The translations under genes were made by a program, and so were the position numbers. DNA of 64,000 bases from Octopus sinensis (lineage: Eukaryota): NCBI RefSeq assembly GCF_006345805.1, contig NC_043013.1, forward strand, positions 25,544,001 to 25,608,000. Reading direction: 5' to 3'. The notes under the pieces were generated by a model. That model was not told the origin of the DNA, did no database searches, and saw only the letters and a list, made by a program, of their open reading frames with translations. Positions 13,113 to 26,799 of this stretch are shown here, piece after piece. The number at the start of each line of letters is the position of its first letter. The stretch's first letter is position 1.

Positions 13113-14509
13113 GTGTGTGTGTGTGTGTAAGTAAATGTCACAGTCACAACTTTCCACCTTTCCCTGTCATAACTCACTCAAAGCTGAGGTGGAGGGTTTG
13201 GGGTGAGTGTCACTCAACACATTTTAATACTGAAATACAACAGTAAAGTGATGAATGACATTTAACTTGCAAAAAGCTGGGAAATTCTCTGGAATTCTCT
13301 TCTGTTTCAACTTATTGATTTGTCTCTTCCTTCATACTTAGCCGTACTTTTCCTCCTAAGTCCATGACCTGTCATGGCATGAATGGTTTGAATGAAAGAT
13401 GACCTCTGCTATGGAATAATGCTGCCTTGTATGGTGTGGAGAATAAATTTGATGACAAATGACCTATTCTCTCCCTACCATCACCACCACCATCAACAGC
13501 CCTCTATAAACCACCACCACCTCCAACAACAAATAAAAGAATTCAACAACGTAGTATGAACTGGCTAGGGTCTCTAAATATTGATCTGCTAGAAATAACA
13601 GCCAAAACCTCCAGCAAATTTCACCCTCACTACTAATTGGGGAGTAAAGGTGATTGGATGTTGTAGTCCAAAGTAAACACACTATCATCATCATTATCAT
13701 TTAGCGTATATTTTCGATGCTGACATGGGTCAGACAGTTTGACCAGAACTGGTAAACTGGAGAACTGTACCAGGTTTCAGTTTGATTTTGGCTTGGTTTC
13801 TATGGCTGGATGCCCTTCCTAGTGCCAACCAGTCCAAGAGTGTCACAGTCACAAGTGCCATTTATGTGTCACCATCATGGGTGCCATTTACTTGTCACTG
13901 GCACTGTTTGCAAATATGATTTTACTTGGCTTGATGAGCAATACATACACATACATGCAACTTTTAGAAGGGTGAGGAAAGGAATGGAAGGTGGTTGATC
14001 ATTTGTCATCACCTCTGTGATACCCAGCATCCGAAGATCATGTTTCACCACCTCGTCTCATGTCTTTCTGGGTCTATCCTGGTTCAATCTGTCCTTTAGT
14101 CTAAATATAGCAATAAATGTAATAAGCTAACCCTGTCATGAATGGACAAACAATTCCCACTTGATCATAAATAGCAAACTATTCACTTGCAACAGCACAA
14201 AATTTTACCTACAGCTGCATAATAAATGTAAAGTGTATTATAAATAAACTAAATCAATGTCTTAGAAAACATACAACATATAACTGAAAGCAATGCAACT
14301 CCAGTGGACAAAGACCTTGGCCATTAAGAAGAAATTGCCTAAAAAATATAGCCTATAAAGGAAGAAAGAAATAAAAAAAAAAAACTTCGACATAGATGCA
14401 AGAAATAGAACCTTTAAAAACAGATATAGACAACACATGCTTACATTCTGGAATGCAAACAGAAGAAATACAACTTCTGGGATTTGAAGGAAAATAACAA
14501 ACATAAATA

Positions 14510-15392
14510 TTCTTTTCTACTCTAGGCAAAAGGCTCGAAATTTTGTGGGAAGGGACTAGTCGATTAGATCAACCCCAGTACACAACTCGTACTTAATTTA
14601 TTGATCCTGAAAGGACGAAGGGCAAAGTCAACCTTGGCAGAATTTGAACTCAGAACGTAAAGACAGATGAAATACCACTAAGAATTTTGCCCAGTGTGCT
14701 AACATTTCTGCCAGCTTGCCGCCTTAGATATAGACACAGATATTCTTTTCTTTTCTACTCTGGGCCTGAAATTTTTTGGGAGGGGACCAGTTGATTAGAC
14801 TGATCCCAGTATGCAACTTGTAGGCAAAGTCGACCGTAGTGGAATTTGAACTCAGAACATAAAGACAAACAAAATACCACTAAGAATTTTGCCCTGCGTG
14901 CTAACATTTCTTATTTCTTCATTGCCCACAAGGGGCTAAACATAGAGGGGACAAACAAGGACAGACCAAGGGATTAAGTTGATTACATCAACCCCAGTGC
15001 GTAACTGGTACTTAATTTATTGACCCCAAAAGGATGAAAGGCAGTCGACCTTGGCGGAATTTGAACTCACAACGTAACGGCAGATGAAATACTGCTAAAC
15101 ATTTTGCCTGGCGTGCTAACATTTCTATCAGCTCGCCACCTTAGATATAAACACAAATATTCTTTTCTACTCTAGGAACAAGGCCTGAAATTTTGGGGGA
15201 GGGGACTAGTCAATTAGATTTACCCCAGTATGCAACTAGTACTTAATTTATTGACCCTGAAAAGATAAAAGACAAAGTTGACCTTGGTGGAATTTGAACT
15301 CAGAACATAAACACAGACGAAATACTGCTAAGAATTTTGCTCAGCATGCTAACGTTTCTGCCAGCTTGCTGCTTTAGGTATAAACACAAATA
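14510..15392 (-). mobile_element. Tandem cluster of about four tRNA-derived SINEs (central GCCTTTCATCCTTTCGGGGTCGATAAA-type domain)
   Basis: Repeated ~220-bp units with a B-box GAGTTCAAATTCC on the - strand; solo copies near 17690, 19440, 21900, 25390, 29330, 31500, 31710. Confidence 0.8.
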
Positions 15393-18300
15393 TTAAATGG
15401 AAAATTATAACCCTGTGCCCTGTATATAAATGCTTCTTGAATTTGACCCTTTATGGTGGTGGCTGCCCCCTCGTTATCGAGTATGGCCATTGCACGAAGC
15501 TTAATCAATGTTGTTATCATGCAATGCCTGTGCAAGAAGATTTTTTTTTAAAGTGAGGAAAGGCTGTGCACTGAGTCAATCCCACTCACTAAGCAACAGT
15601 AGCCCTAATCTGAAAAGAAGAACAAGTCAACATCATCGGTAACCACTGAGCTGCAGGTTTTATGTCGGAGTTATCCCAGTTACCTGAGTTACCTTCTCCT
15701 AGAAAGATGCCCTAACAAAGGCTTGGAGTCCTTCGCTCCCAATGGTTTAACCGCGTGATCGGGTATTCAGTCCAATTATTTCTATGTCCCCGCGCATGAT
15801 ACAGCCTTAAGACATTTATTGTAACCCAGTACAACCTGTTGCATGGTCGGGTTGTCGGCGACTAAAATGGCAACCCTACCAAGCTTGCTTGGAGAGGAGG
15901 GTGCTTATTGGACACCCTGCAGGATGAAAAACAAATCCCATCAAAGGGCAGAGGAACTCTTGAGAATCAACGGCCATCCAATAAATGTCTTAAGGCTGTA
16001 CCCTTTATACATCACAGAAAAATACACCATAATTAACACCAATCATACAATTGCTAAATGCTAGACATTATAATAAATTCCACTTCAAAAAATGGTCTGA
16101 ATTAAAAATGATAGGATAAACAAGCAAGAATGCAAAAAGGATTTCTGCCTTTCGAGCCAGGGTCATTGAGGTGTTAAGACGGGTGAACACGTTGCTAAGG
16201 TTGGGTGAAGCAGCTGCTATCTCTAGCGTTCGGGTCGGGCTGTGTCGAAGGATCTGTTACCACTGAAGGGTCTCCATCAGAGCGAAGAGAAGGTCGGTGC
16301 CTTTATTTCAAATCTCTCGCACACACCACAGTGACATCACTGGTGCCAAGCTGTATTGGCCTTTGCCTTTCTCTTGGATAACATCAGTGGTGTGGAGAGG
16401 AGATGCTGGTATGCATGAGTGACTGCTTGTCTTCCTTAAACAACCTTGCCCGGGCTTGTGCCTCGGAGGGTAACTTTCTAGGTGCAATCCCACAGTCATT
16501 CATGACCGAAGGGGGGCACCCAATTAACAAGTGCATCAAGGTGGTGGTGAACTGCCAGAATCATTAGGATGCAGGGCATCTTTATGTTCTTGAGTTCAGT
16601 GCCACTGAGGTTGACTTTGCCTTTCATCCGTTTGGGGTCAATGAAAAAATACCAGTTGAAAACTGGAGTCAATATAATCAACTCAGCCCCTCCCCCAAAG
16701 TTGCTGGCCATCTACCAATATTGGAAACCAATAATTCACAGGTATTTCACCTGTTTCTAAATAACTTTGCCAGTTGGCAAAAAGGAAACCAAACACTAAA
16801 CATTAATTCTGTATGTCAGGTATGGATGTGAGGCTAAGAAGCTTGCTTTCCAACCATGTGGTCTCAAGTTCAGTCCTAGTGCATAGTACCTTGGATAAAT
16901 GTCTTCTGCTATTGCTCTTGTGAGTGGATTTGGCAGATAGAAACTGAAAGAAGCCCATTGTATGAGTGTGTGTGTGTTACTGCTCCATTTGCCTTGACAT
17001 CACATGATAGCTGTAAATAAACTTTGCCATCATCTAAGCAGAATCCTTTGTTACTAAATTTCCATAAAAACATGTCTAGCCTTAGTGAAGTATTACCTTA
17101 CTTGGAAACAGGTGAGTGGTAGAAACAGGCAGAGCATCCAGCTGTAAAAATCTGCCCCAGGAAAGTTATGCCTGTCCTATGCAAGCATGGAGAAGTGAAC
17201 ATTAAAATGATGATGATGATGATAATGATTGTTATTAACCCAAACTGGAATGTCTTAAGTTTAAAAGGTTTTAATCAACTAAAAATACAGTAATCTGCAA
17301 TACAAAGATTGTTAAATTGTAAGTAAGACACAACGCAATAACAGTTTTATGCAGAGAGTTGCTACAGTTTCGAGTAACTGAAAACTAACACTGAACATGT
17401 TGTGCCGTAAACAGAACTCTACACAGTTGCACTGCAGGCAAATAACAGCAATCAAGACAATCAAAGTCACGTGATCAAAACTAAAATCACAACAATAATA
17501 GTGACAATAACTAACTTCTTGTTTGAAATAGAAATTTTGGTGTATTTTATGTAGGTTCATTTTGTATAGACCAATGCATAATTATGTTAATTTTCAAGCA
17601 CTAATTCTCAGTGCCAGGATGGATAATCACCAGCTGCTCATTAACAACGAATTTACCGTGTAAAAACTATTAAATATTGGTTTCAAATTTAGGCACAAGG
17701 CCAGCAATTTCGGGGTAGGAGGTAAATCAATTACATCAACCCCCAGGTTCAACTGGTACTTATTTTATCAACCTCTAAAGGATGAACAATAAAGTCAGCC
17801 TTGGTGGAATCTGAACTCAGAAGCTAAAAACAGATGAAATGCAGCCAGGCACTTTGACATGTCATGCTAATGATTCTATCAGCTCACTGTCTTAACCGTT
17901 TTTGTTACTGCATTTTTGTTGAGATGTTCTGTGTTTCTTTCAATTAGTTTTTAAATATAACAAAGAATTTAGTTGTATGCACCCTGGCTGAGAATCTCTC
18001 ATACACAAAGGGGTAAGGCTGAGAAGTTCCTAGCTTTGGGTAAAAGAAAATATAGGAGGATCAATTAATTATGATTTTATTCAATACATTCCCCTCTCAG
18101 ATTACAGTGGTCCTTAATTTTTTGTAAGCCCTGTGAAAGAACTCGAAAGTTTGAGCCTCCAATAAGGCCTTTTGTGATACTCTTAAAGCCAGGAACATTT
18201 CAGCAGCCCCTTGTAGTGCAAGATATGCAATACCTGTAAGAAGGACAAGATGGTCATGACTGAAATACCTTTGATTATAGTTCTGTTCAATCTGACTTAC

Positions 18301-20311
18301 AATAAGCAAGAATAACAGAAATACTCTATGGTGTTCCTTACAGGAATCATCATCATCGTCATTATCATCATTGTTTAACATCCATTTTCCATGCTGGCAT
18401 GGGTTGGATGGTTTGATTGAGGTCTGGAAAGCCAGCAGCTGCACCAGGCTCCAATCTGATCTGGTATTGTTTCTACAGCTGGATGCCCTTCCTAACGCCA
18501 ACCACTCTGAGAGTGTAGTGGGTGCTTTTTAACAAGGAAGTAGAACTGGTTGTAGTATATTAGTGAAGGGTAGCAATACTGGTGCTCTGTCAGTTATGAG
18601 GACAAGGATTCCAATTGATCTGATCAGGAGAGAAGCCTGTTTGTGAAATTAATTTACAAGTGGTTGAGCACTCCACAGTCATGCATCCCCTTAATGTAGT
18701 TCTCAGGAAGATTCAACATGATGTGGAATGTGGCAAGGCCAGCCCTTTTTATTACAGGTACAACTCATTTTTGTCAGGTGAGTGGACTGGAGCAACATGA
18801 AATAAAGTGTTTTGCTCAAGGACAGAATGCACCACTGGGAACTGAACTCATGGCCTAATGGTCCTGAGTCGAACATCCTAACCCAGTGGTTCACAACTTG
18901 TGATCTGTGGACCCCTGGTGGTCTGCAAAGGTAGAAGTGGGCGGGGTTGTGGGGGGTCCGTGAACATGTTAAGCTGACAGACCTTTCAATATCCTGGGGT
19001 GCTAGGGAAAACTCATTTAAATAAAAGGGGTCCTTGGTAGGGAAAATGGTGACAAAGAAAGGACACACCTACGCTTTTGATGAACATTAGGCTTGAACTC
19101 AGAGAGCTGATCAAATGTTGAAGGGAAATAAAATTCTTGAATTTTAAAAGATATTATATTCTCTTCTACTCTAGGCACAAGGTCCTGGGGTCTCAATGCT
19201 TTCAATGGAGTTTTCTATGTCACAACCTATTGGGTCAGACTGCTTGCTTTTGATGATTTTCAGCAAATGTTCAGACTGAGCACTGATCACATTCATCTCA
19301 ACAACTGAGAGAATCTGCAAAAATCATGGATGCTGCTCATCTTTCTCCTTTGACTGACTCATTGAAAAAAAAATTGTATAACAAGTTGCTATTTTATTAT
19401 TAGCATAACCTTAAACAATTGCATGTCAAATTGGTTTCACATTTTGGTGTAAGGCCAGCAATTTTGAGTGAGAAGTGGGAGTGGGGAGAGTCAATTACAT
19501 TGACCCCTTAGTATTCAACTGGTACTTATTTTATTGACCTTGAAAAGCTGAAAGGCAAAGTCAACCTCGGCAGAATTTGAACTGAGAACGTAAAGACATG
19601 AAATGCTGCTAAGCATGTTGCTTCTAACAATTCAGGCAGCCCACTCCACCACCACCACCAGCAGCAGCAGCAACAGCATTGCCACAGTCTAATGATTGAA
19701 ATAAGTAAAAAGTGAAAAAAGTGTTAAAAATAATTGAAAAATATAACTGTGAGGCTTTTGTCCACTTTCACACTTTAACTATGAGGCTTTTGTCCGAGGG
19801 GCTTTTGTCCTAGAGGGATTTTGTCCTAGGGGGCTTTTGTGCTACACTCATGCCTATTTAGAACTCTTTATGTAGATCTCTCTCTCATGAGGTAATTTTC
19901 CTCAGCTGTATTGTTGATATTTATAATGAATATTTCTAAATTACCGCGATTTCTCTCTCCATACACATTGGATAATCTTAGTCTCAGTGACTAGGCAGAA
20001 TATACTTTACCAAAAAAATCTAGTGAAGCTTAAAATACGTCCGTTGCTTTTATGGGCTTCAAAGGACAGATTCACTACAATTGTCTACATTATCCAAATA
20101 TTTCTGTTAAACTATATTAAATTTATCACAAGCACTTGTCATTTTCAGGTTTTAAACACGGCCAGAGGGCATTTTTGCATAGTTATTGTTAGGATAACCT
20201 CAGGTGCACGCAGTTATTTTAAACCCTGTTTTACGTATTTGGAACAATATAAAACAGTAGAATCCTATTCCTTTGGCACCGTTTACAAAGGGAGATAACT
20301 TTATATTAAAA

Positions 20312-20374
20312 ATGGCGGATTCTACTCAAGTGGAGTTGCTGTTTTTTGATACATTTTCTCATGAAAATATCGAG
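20312..20374 (+). CDS. VIRMA: VIRMA/virilizer coding exon 1 (MADSTQVELLFFDTFSHENIE)
   Basis: ATG in AAAATGGC context, 63 nt, donor GAG|GTAGGA (phase 0). Peptide resembles the recalled VIRMA N-terminus (human MAVDSAMELLFLDTFKH). Confidence 0.93.
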
Positions 20375-21551
20375 GTAGGATATTTTCTCGGGTGTAAATT
20401 AGCTTTTCATATGTTGTCTAAATAATTTTTTCCGATATTGTAACATGTTCTTTCTCCAACTGAGAAAAACATTTAGTTTTATATTCGTTTTAAACAATTA
20501 GACAAATGTCATATACACTTTACAGTCTCGTATTTAACAATTTGAAGACAATGTTTATTATCAGAAAATTTATTCAGATATAGTGCTTGTTCGGACTCAA
20601 TATGTATTGTATGATGTATTTATTCTCTTTGCATTTTAAATGCTATGTTATATTATGTTTTCAAAACATCTATTCGCAATATTTGACATCTTACTTTGCT
20701 TAATTTTTCGAAACGTGCATCTTCCTTTTGTTTTGGTTTTTACGAAATATAAACATTTTGCAACGATTATATAAGCTACCTAATAAATAATAATAACAAT
20801 GTTATTGTATTCTGATATCGAAAAAGCAATTATAGCATAATGTTCAATAGATTTTAACAGAAACAAACATAAACAACATATGCAATTAACCGATACAACT
20901 TAGAAAACCAATAACTTAAACAATATATTGTTTCTAATAATTTCTGGCATAGGTACAATACTTTTTTGTGGAGAGAAGACAGTCCATTATATTAACCCCT
21001 GTATTAAACTGGTATTTTATTTTAATCAATCTCGGAAAAATGAAAGGTGAAGTGGACAGCGATGAGATTTGAACTAGGAATGTAAAGAACTAGAATGAAT
21101 ACTACAAAGGTTCTTCCGTGAGAGCTGTAGTTTGCAGAGACAGTAAAAGCCTGGACTAAATGCCCTCCTAGTATTTGTAGTTAGTTTCACTCGCTTCCGC
21201 AGCAGCATATCTACAATTGCTTCGGACTTGTTTTCTTTTTGCACCGGTGAAATTAGAAGAGGCGTGTTTCCGGTGTCGAACAAGTAGATTAATATTTACT
21301 TCCTTCATTTGGAGGAGAGAAAGTTTGTTTAATTGCTTAGTAACAATTTCAGATTCTTTCACATAACCTGATGTCTTTTTATTTACCTTTTTATTCCTTC
21401 ATGCACAGCACAAAACCATAGTGTGTGTTAGTTAATTGACAGGTGGGGGCGAGGAGGCTAAACTTCGTTAGATATAAGATAGGTGTCAACAACAACATTA
21501 ATATCTAGTACTGAACTCTCCCGTCGAAAACATCATATAGATCCTCATTAA

Positions 21552-21870
21552 AAGGAGCACTCCATCGGTTACGACGACGAGGGTTCCAGTTGATACAATC
21601 AACGGAAAAGCCTGCTCGTGAAATTAATGTGCAAGTGGCTGAGCATTCCACAGACATGTGTACCGTTAACGTAGTTCCCAGGGGAGGTTCAGTGTGACAA
21701 GGCTGGCCCTTTGATATACAAGTGTTACTCATTTTTGCCAGCTGAGTGGACTGGAGCAACGTAAAATAAAGTGTCTTGCTCAAGGACACAACGCCTCGCT
21801 GGGAATTGAACTCACGACCTTACAATCGTGAGCCTAATGCCCCTAACCATTAAGCCACACGTCTTCACAA
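21552..21870 (-). mobile_element. Full-length tRNA-derived SINE with 11-bp target-site duplication
   Basis: A/B boxes on the - strand (TGGCTTAATGG; GAGTTCAATTCC); ATCCTCATTAA at 21541-21551 and 21871-21881; relatives near 18580-18885, 50205-50395, 62165-62300. Confidence 0.85.
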
Positions 21871-22096
21871 ATCCTCATTAATAAAGGATAAAATATATTG
21901 GCATAAGGCCAGCAAATTAGGTGGCGGGGCAGAAGAACAAGCTGATTATGTTAGTCCCGCTACTTAGCTGGTACTTATTTTATTGACCCCAAAAGGATGA
22001 AAGGAATTTGAACTTAGAATGTAAAGACGAACGAAATGCTACTAAGCATTTTTTCCCAGCATGCTAACCATTCTGCCAGATTACCGCCTTGAGAAA

Positions 22097-25000
22097 TCAT
22101 CATCATCATCGTTTAACGTCCGTTTTCCATGCTAGCATGGGTTGGACGGTTCAAATGGGATCTGGGAAGCTAGAAGGCTGCGCCAGGCCCAGTCTGATCT
22201 GGCAGTGTTTCTACAGCTGGATGCCCTTCCTAACGCCAACCACTCTAAGAGTGTAGTGGGTGCTTTTTATGTGCCACCTGTGCAGGTGCCAGATTGGCCT
22301 CCGTGCCATCGGCACGGAGGCCAATCGGGGCGGCACTGGCAACGGCCACATTCGGATGGTTCTCTTACGTGCCACCGGCACTGGTATCTCAGCTACAATT
22401 TCCATTGATGTTGAAAGATTTCGATTTCGATTTTCACTTGTCTCAACAGGTCTTCACAAGTAGGGTTTGTGTCACACGAAGGAAAGGTATGCATAAGTGG
22501 GCTGGCTACGTCCCAGGTAGAGGCCATGGGTTATGGTCTCACTTGTCCTGCCGGGTCTTCCCACGCACAGCATACTTCCAAAGGTCTCGGTCTCTGGTCA
22601 TTTCCTCAGTGAGTCCTAAAGTTCGAAGGTCATTCTTCACCACTTCGTCCCAGGTTTTCCTGGGTCTACCTCTTCCACAAGTTCCCTCAACTGCCAGGGT
22701 GTGGTACGTTTCACACAACTATCTTCATCCATTCTCACTACATGACCATACCAGCACAAACGTCTCTCTTGCACACCACAACTGATGCTTCTTAGATCCA
22801 ACTTTTCTCTCAAGGTACTTACACTCTGTCGAGTATGAACACTGACATTACACATCCATCGGAGCATACTGGCTTCATTTCTTGTGAGCTTACGCATATC
22901 CTCAGCAGTCACGACACATGTTTCACTGCCATGTAGCATGGCTGTTCATACACATGCGTCATACAGTCTGCCTTTTGTTCTGAGCTAGAGGCCTTTTGTC
23001 ACCAGCAGAGGTAAGAGCTCTCTGAACTTTACCCAGGCTATTCTTACTCTAGCAGTTACACTTTCAGCACACCCGTCCCCGCTACTGACTTGGTCACCTA
23101 GGTAACAGAAGCTATCAACTACTTCTAGTTTTTCTCCCTGGAATGTGACAGAAGTTGGTCTCTGAGCATTTTCAGTGTTTATTGCTCCTGAGCATCTGCC
23201 ACATACAAAGACTATCTTCCCAGTTAGTTTTCCTTTGACATTGCTGCACCTCTTATGTGTCCATAGCTTACACTGGGTACATCTTATAGAGTTTCTACCT
23301 ACACCTTTTCTACAGATTGAGCAGGGCCATCTACCTGGAGGCGTTTGTGATTTGCCTGCCTTCCTACATATTAAGACTTTGGTTTTAGCTAGGTTGATTT
23401 TAAGGCCCTTCGATTCTAATCCTTGTCTCCACACTTGAAACTTTGCCTCTAGTTCTGATAGTGACTCAGCAATTAGAGCAAGGTCACCAGCATATAGGAG
23501 CTCCCAGGGGCATCCTGTCTTGAATTCCTCCGTTATTGTCTGGAGGACTGTGATAAATTGGTGGACCCCTACCTCTACTTTGAATTCTTTAGTGTACTTG
23601 TTGCCAACCCTCACCTTACTTACAGCGTCTCTGTACATGGCTTGCACAGCTCTCACTAACCATTCATCTATCCCTAGTTTCCTCATTGACCACCAGATAA
23701 GGGATCGGGGGACCCTGTCAAAAGCTTTCTCCATGTCAACGAAAGCCAGGTACAGGGGCTTATCCTTGGCTAGGTATTTCTCCTGCAGCTGTCTCACCAG
23801 AAATATGGCATCAGTGGTGCTTTTTCCTGGCATGAAACCAAACTGCATCTCATCCAAGCAGACTCTCTCCCTAATCAGTTGGGCTATGACCCTCCCTGTA
23901 ACCTTCATTACCTGATCTAACAGCTTGATACCTCTGTAATTATTTGTATCTAAAGTGTCACCCTTACCTTTGTAGCAGTTGACTATTATGCTGGGTATGA
24001 CTCCTTTGTGTATCACCTGGTTAACTATACGAGTGACTAGGCTATAGCCAACACTGCCAGATATTTTGAGCATTTCTGCAGTAATTCCTGATGGGCCCGG
24101 GCTTTCCCTGTCTTCGTGCTACTAATTGCCTTAACTACTAAGGAACTGTCAACTCGGATAGCTGGTCCCTCTGTTGGGTCGACATTTGGCAGACTCTCTT
24201 TATCCCATTCATTTTCCTTATTTAGCAGCCTCTCATAATGATGTCTCCAAACCTCTCTCTTTGCATCCTCATTTAGCACAAGTGAACCATCATCCACGCG
24301 AACACATTTCTCTCCTACCACATCACGATTCTCTCTCACACACTGTCTTGCAACACGGAATACCTCAAGTCTTTGGTCCTCACGGCGCAGAACATTGGCA
24401 AATTTGTTCTTATCTTCTTCCCCTCTAGCTAAATAAACCTGTCTCCTAGCTTCTCTTTTAGTAGTCTGATACAATTCCCTGCTACCACCATTTTTCCAGT
24501 CCTTCCAAGCCTGTCTCTTTTCTCTAATGGCCCTGTCTACAACATTGTTCCACCACCACGTTATTTTGGGTCGAGAGGGGACTTTGCACCAGCCACAGAT
24601 CTGGTCTGTGGCTCTCAGCAGGTTGTCCCATAGAGACCTCCAGTTATCTTCTATCCCATGTGAAGCTATATCCCCTTCTACTTTGTCAAAGGCTTCAAGT
24701 AATATGTCCCTAAGTCTCTGTCCATTCGCAGGATCTTTAAGCTTCCAGATCCTTCTTCTCCATGTTGGTCGTCTTCTGGTCGTCCTCTTAGTCCTGATCC
24801 TAAAGTCACTAACTACCAGTTTATGTTGTGGGGTACATTCTTCACCTGGGAAGGTTTTGGCATTTATAAGCAGCCATCTTTCCCTTTTCCTGGCAAGGAT
24901 GTAGTCAATTTGGCTGGTATGTCGGCCCGATCGGTAGGTGACTAGGTGGCTGGTAGGTTTCCTGAAGTTAGTGTTGCAAACCATAAGATCATTTGCATCA

Positions 25001-25378
25001 CAGAACTCCAGCAGCCTGGTTCCCTCCTCGTTGCGGGAACCATAACCATAGCCCCCATGTACACCATGGAAGCCCCCGTCCAACATGACTGTTAAAGTCA
25101 CCAGCCACAAAGAGAAGGTCTCTGTCGTTCGTCAACGAGGTAGTCTGCAGTAGGGTGTCATAGAATCGGTCTTTCTGTCCATCGGGTAGCCCCGGCTGAG
25201 GGGCATAGGCTGATATAATGGTTGCTAATCCATGATGTAGCACTAATCTAATCTTAAGTATTCTGTCACTTACTCTGATTACCTCTATTACCTTATCTAC
25301 CCATTTTTCAGCTAGAAGTATACCCACGCCCCCAAACACGTCAGTGTTCCCTGTCCAGAAAATCTTGTACCTGTGTTC
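22097..25378 (-). mobile_element. RTE-clade LINE, ~3.3 kb, 5'-truncated in the APE endonuclease, frameshifted, in VIRMA intron 1
   Basis: APE motifs GVGILL, SAYAPQ, AGDFN, SQIDYIL, QHKLVV; RT motifs NYRGIKLL, QFGFMPGKSTTDAIF, AFVDMEKAFDRV, LLYAGD; same 3' UTR and tail. Confidence 0.95.
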
Positions 25379-26733
25379 TAAAATATATTCTTTTCTACTC
25401 TAGACAAATTGGGAATTTTGGTGGGTGGGGGTGGGTGAGGGGCAGTCGATTAGATTGACTCCAGTACACAACTGGCACTTAATTTATCGACCCTGAAAAG
25501 ATGAAAGGCAAAGTCGATCTTGGTGGAATTTAAACTCTAGGCAGACGAAATAACTCTAAGACTAAAATATATAGAAAAAGGAAGGAACACCTACACAAAG
25601 CATTTGTTTTAAGAGGAGTAAGTTTGTGTAGAGATTATCTCATTTCCTCCTAATTGAGGACAGCTGTATAAAGAAGTGCTGATCTCTAACTGTGGAGGAA
25701 ACCTGTAAAAGATATAGACCCAGGAAGACATGGGACAAGGTGGTGAAGCATGATCTTTGAAATATTGGGCCTCACAGAAGTAATGACAAATGACAGAGCC
25801 ATAGCAATATGTCATGCTTGAGAAGACTTGTCAAGCCAAGTGAAATCGTAGTCATGGCCAATGCCAGTGTCTTGTAATTGGCACCAGTGCTAGTGGCATG
25901 TGAAAGACATCCATTACGCTCTTGGGGTAGTTGGTATTAGGAAGGGCATCCAGCCATAGAAACCATACCAAATCAAACTGGAATTTAGTGCAGCTTTCTG
26001 GCTAACCAGTATCAGTCAAACTGTCCATCCCATGCCTGCATGGAAAGCAGACACTTATGATGATAATAATGTGTAACTTGAACTGGTGCACAATATGCAC
26101 CAGGCACAGAACAACGTATTAAAGGGAAATTAGTTATGCATAATCCAAACAGATCGATGCTGATCTGTCCCTTACTATTGTTGTGCATATCGTATGGAAA
26201 GCTGAACTAATATTGCTACCAAGCAGATTGCAGGCAGAGCCTGGAACACACAGAATATCCACAATGCAACTTATCAAACTGCATGCTGACATTTTTGAGA
26301 TTTTTCCTGCTTTGCTCTCGTCTACTGCGAAATGGTCATCTATCTTTTCTGACAGGTCAGATTTTCACCTTGTTAAGTGTTTAGCAACCCTCCTCACCAG
26401 GTCAACCTCCTGGTCAGGATGCCAGTATAGTTGCTGATGGCATGTAGGTGACAAGTTCAATTGGATTGTGTTACAAGTTGCATTCAGAGTGACCTGGTGT
26501 ATGATCTATGTACATATTGTTTTTTTTAATCTCTTTCTTGTTTCAGGCATTTTGCTGGGGCATTGTCTTGAAAGGTTTTAGTTGAACAAATTGACCTGTA
26601 GATTTATTTTTTTAAGCTTAGTGCTTATTCTATTGGTCTCTTTTACTGAACCACTAAGTTATAGGGATGTAAAAACATCAACACTAGTTGTCAAATGGTG
26701 GTGAGAAACAAACACTGACACAAAAACATACAT

Positions 26734-26799
<66 letters not shown>

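Noticed and set aside
17300-17660. Unique-looking region with GTCACGTGAT E-box as exon or promoter of a divergent gene
   Set aside because: No recognisable coding similarity or convincing splice structure; a single motif is insufficient.
19245-19312. Possible C/D box snoRNA (TGATGA...CTGA)
   Set aside because: No terminal stem or recognisable guide, and it is not in an identified host intron.
23520-24904. + strand ORFs over the RTE copies
   Set aside because: Antisense shadows of the RTE ORF with no independent motifs.
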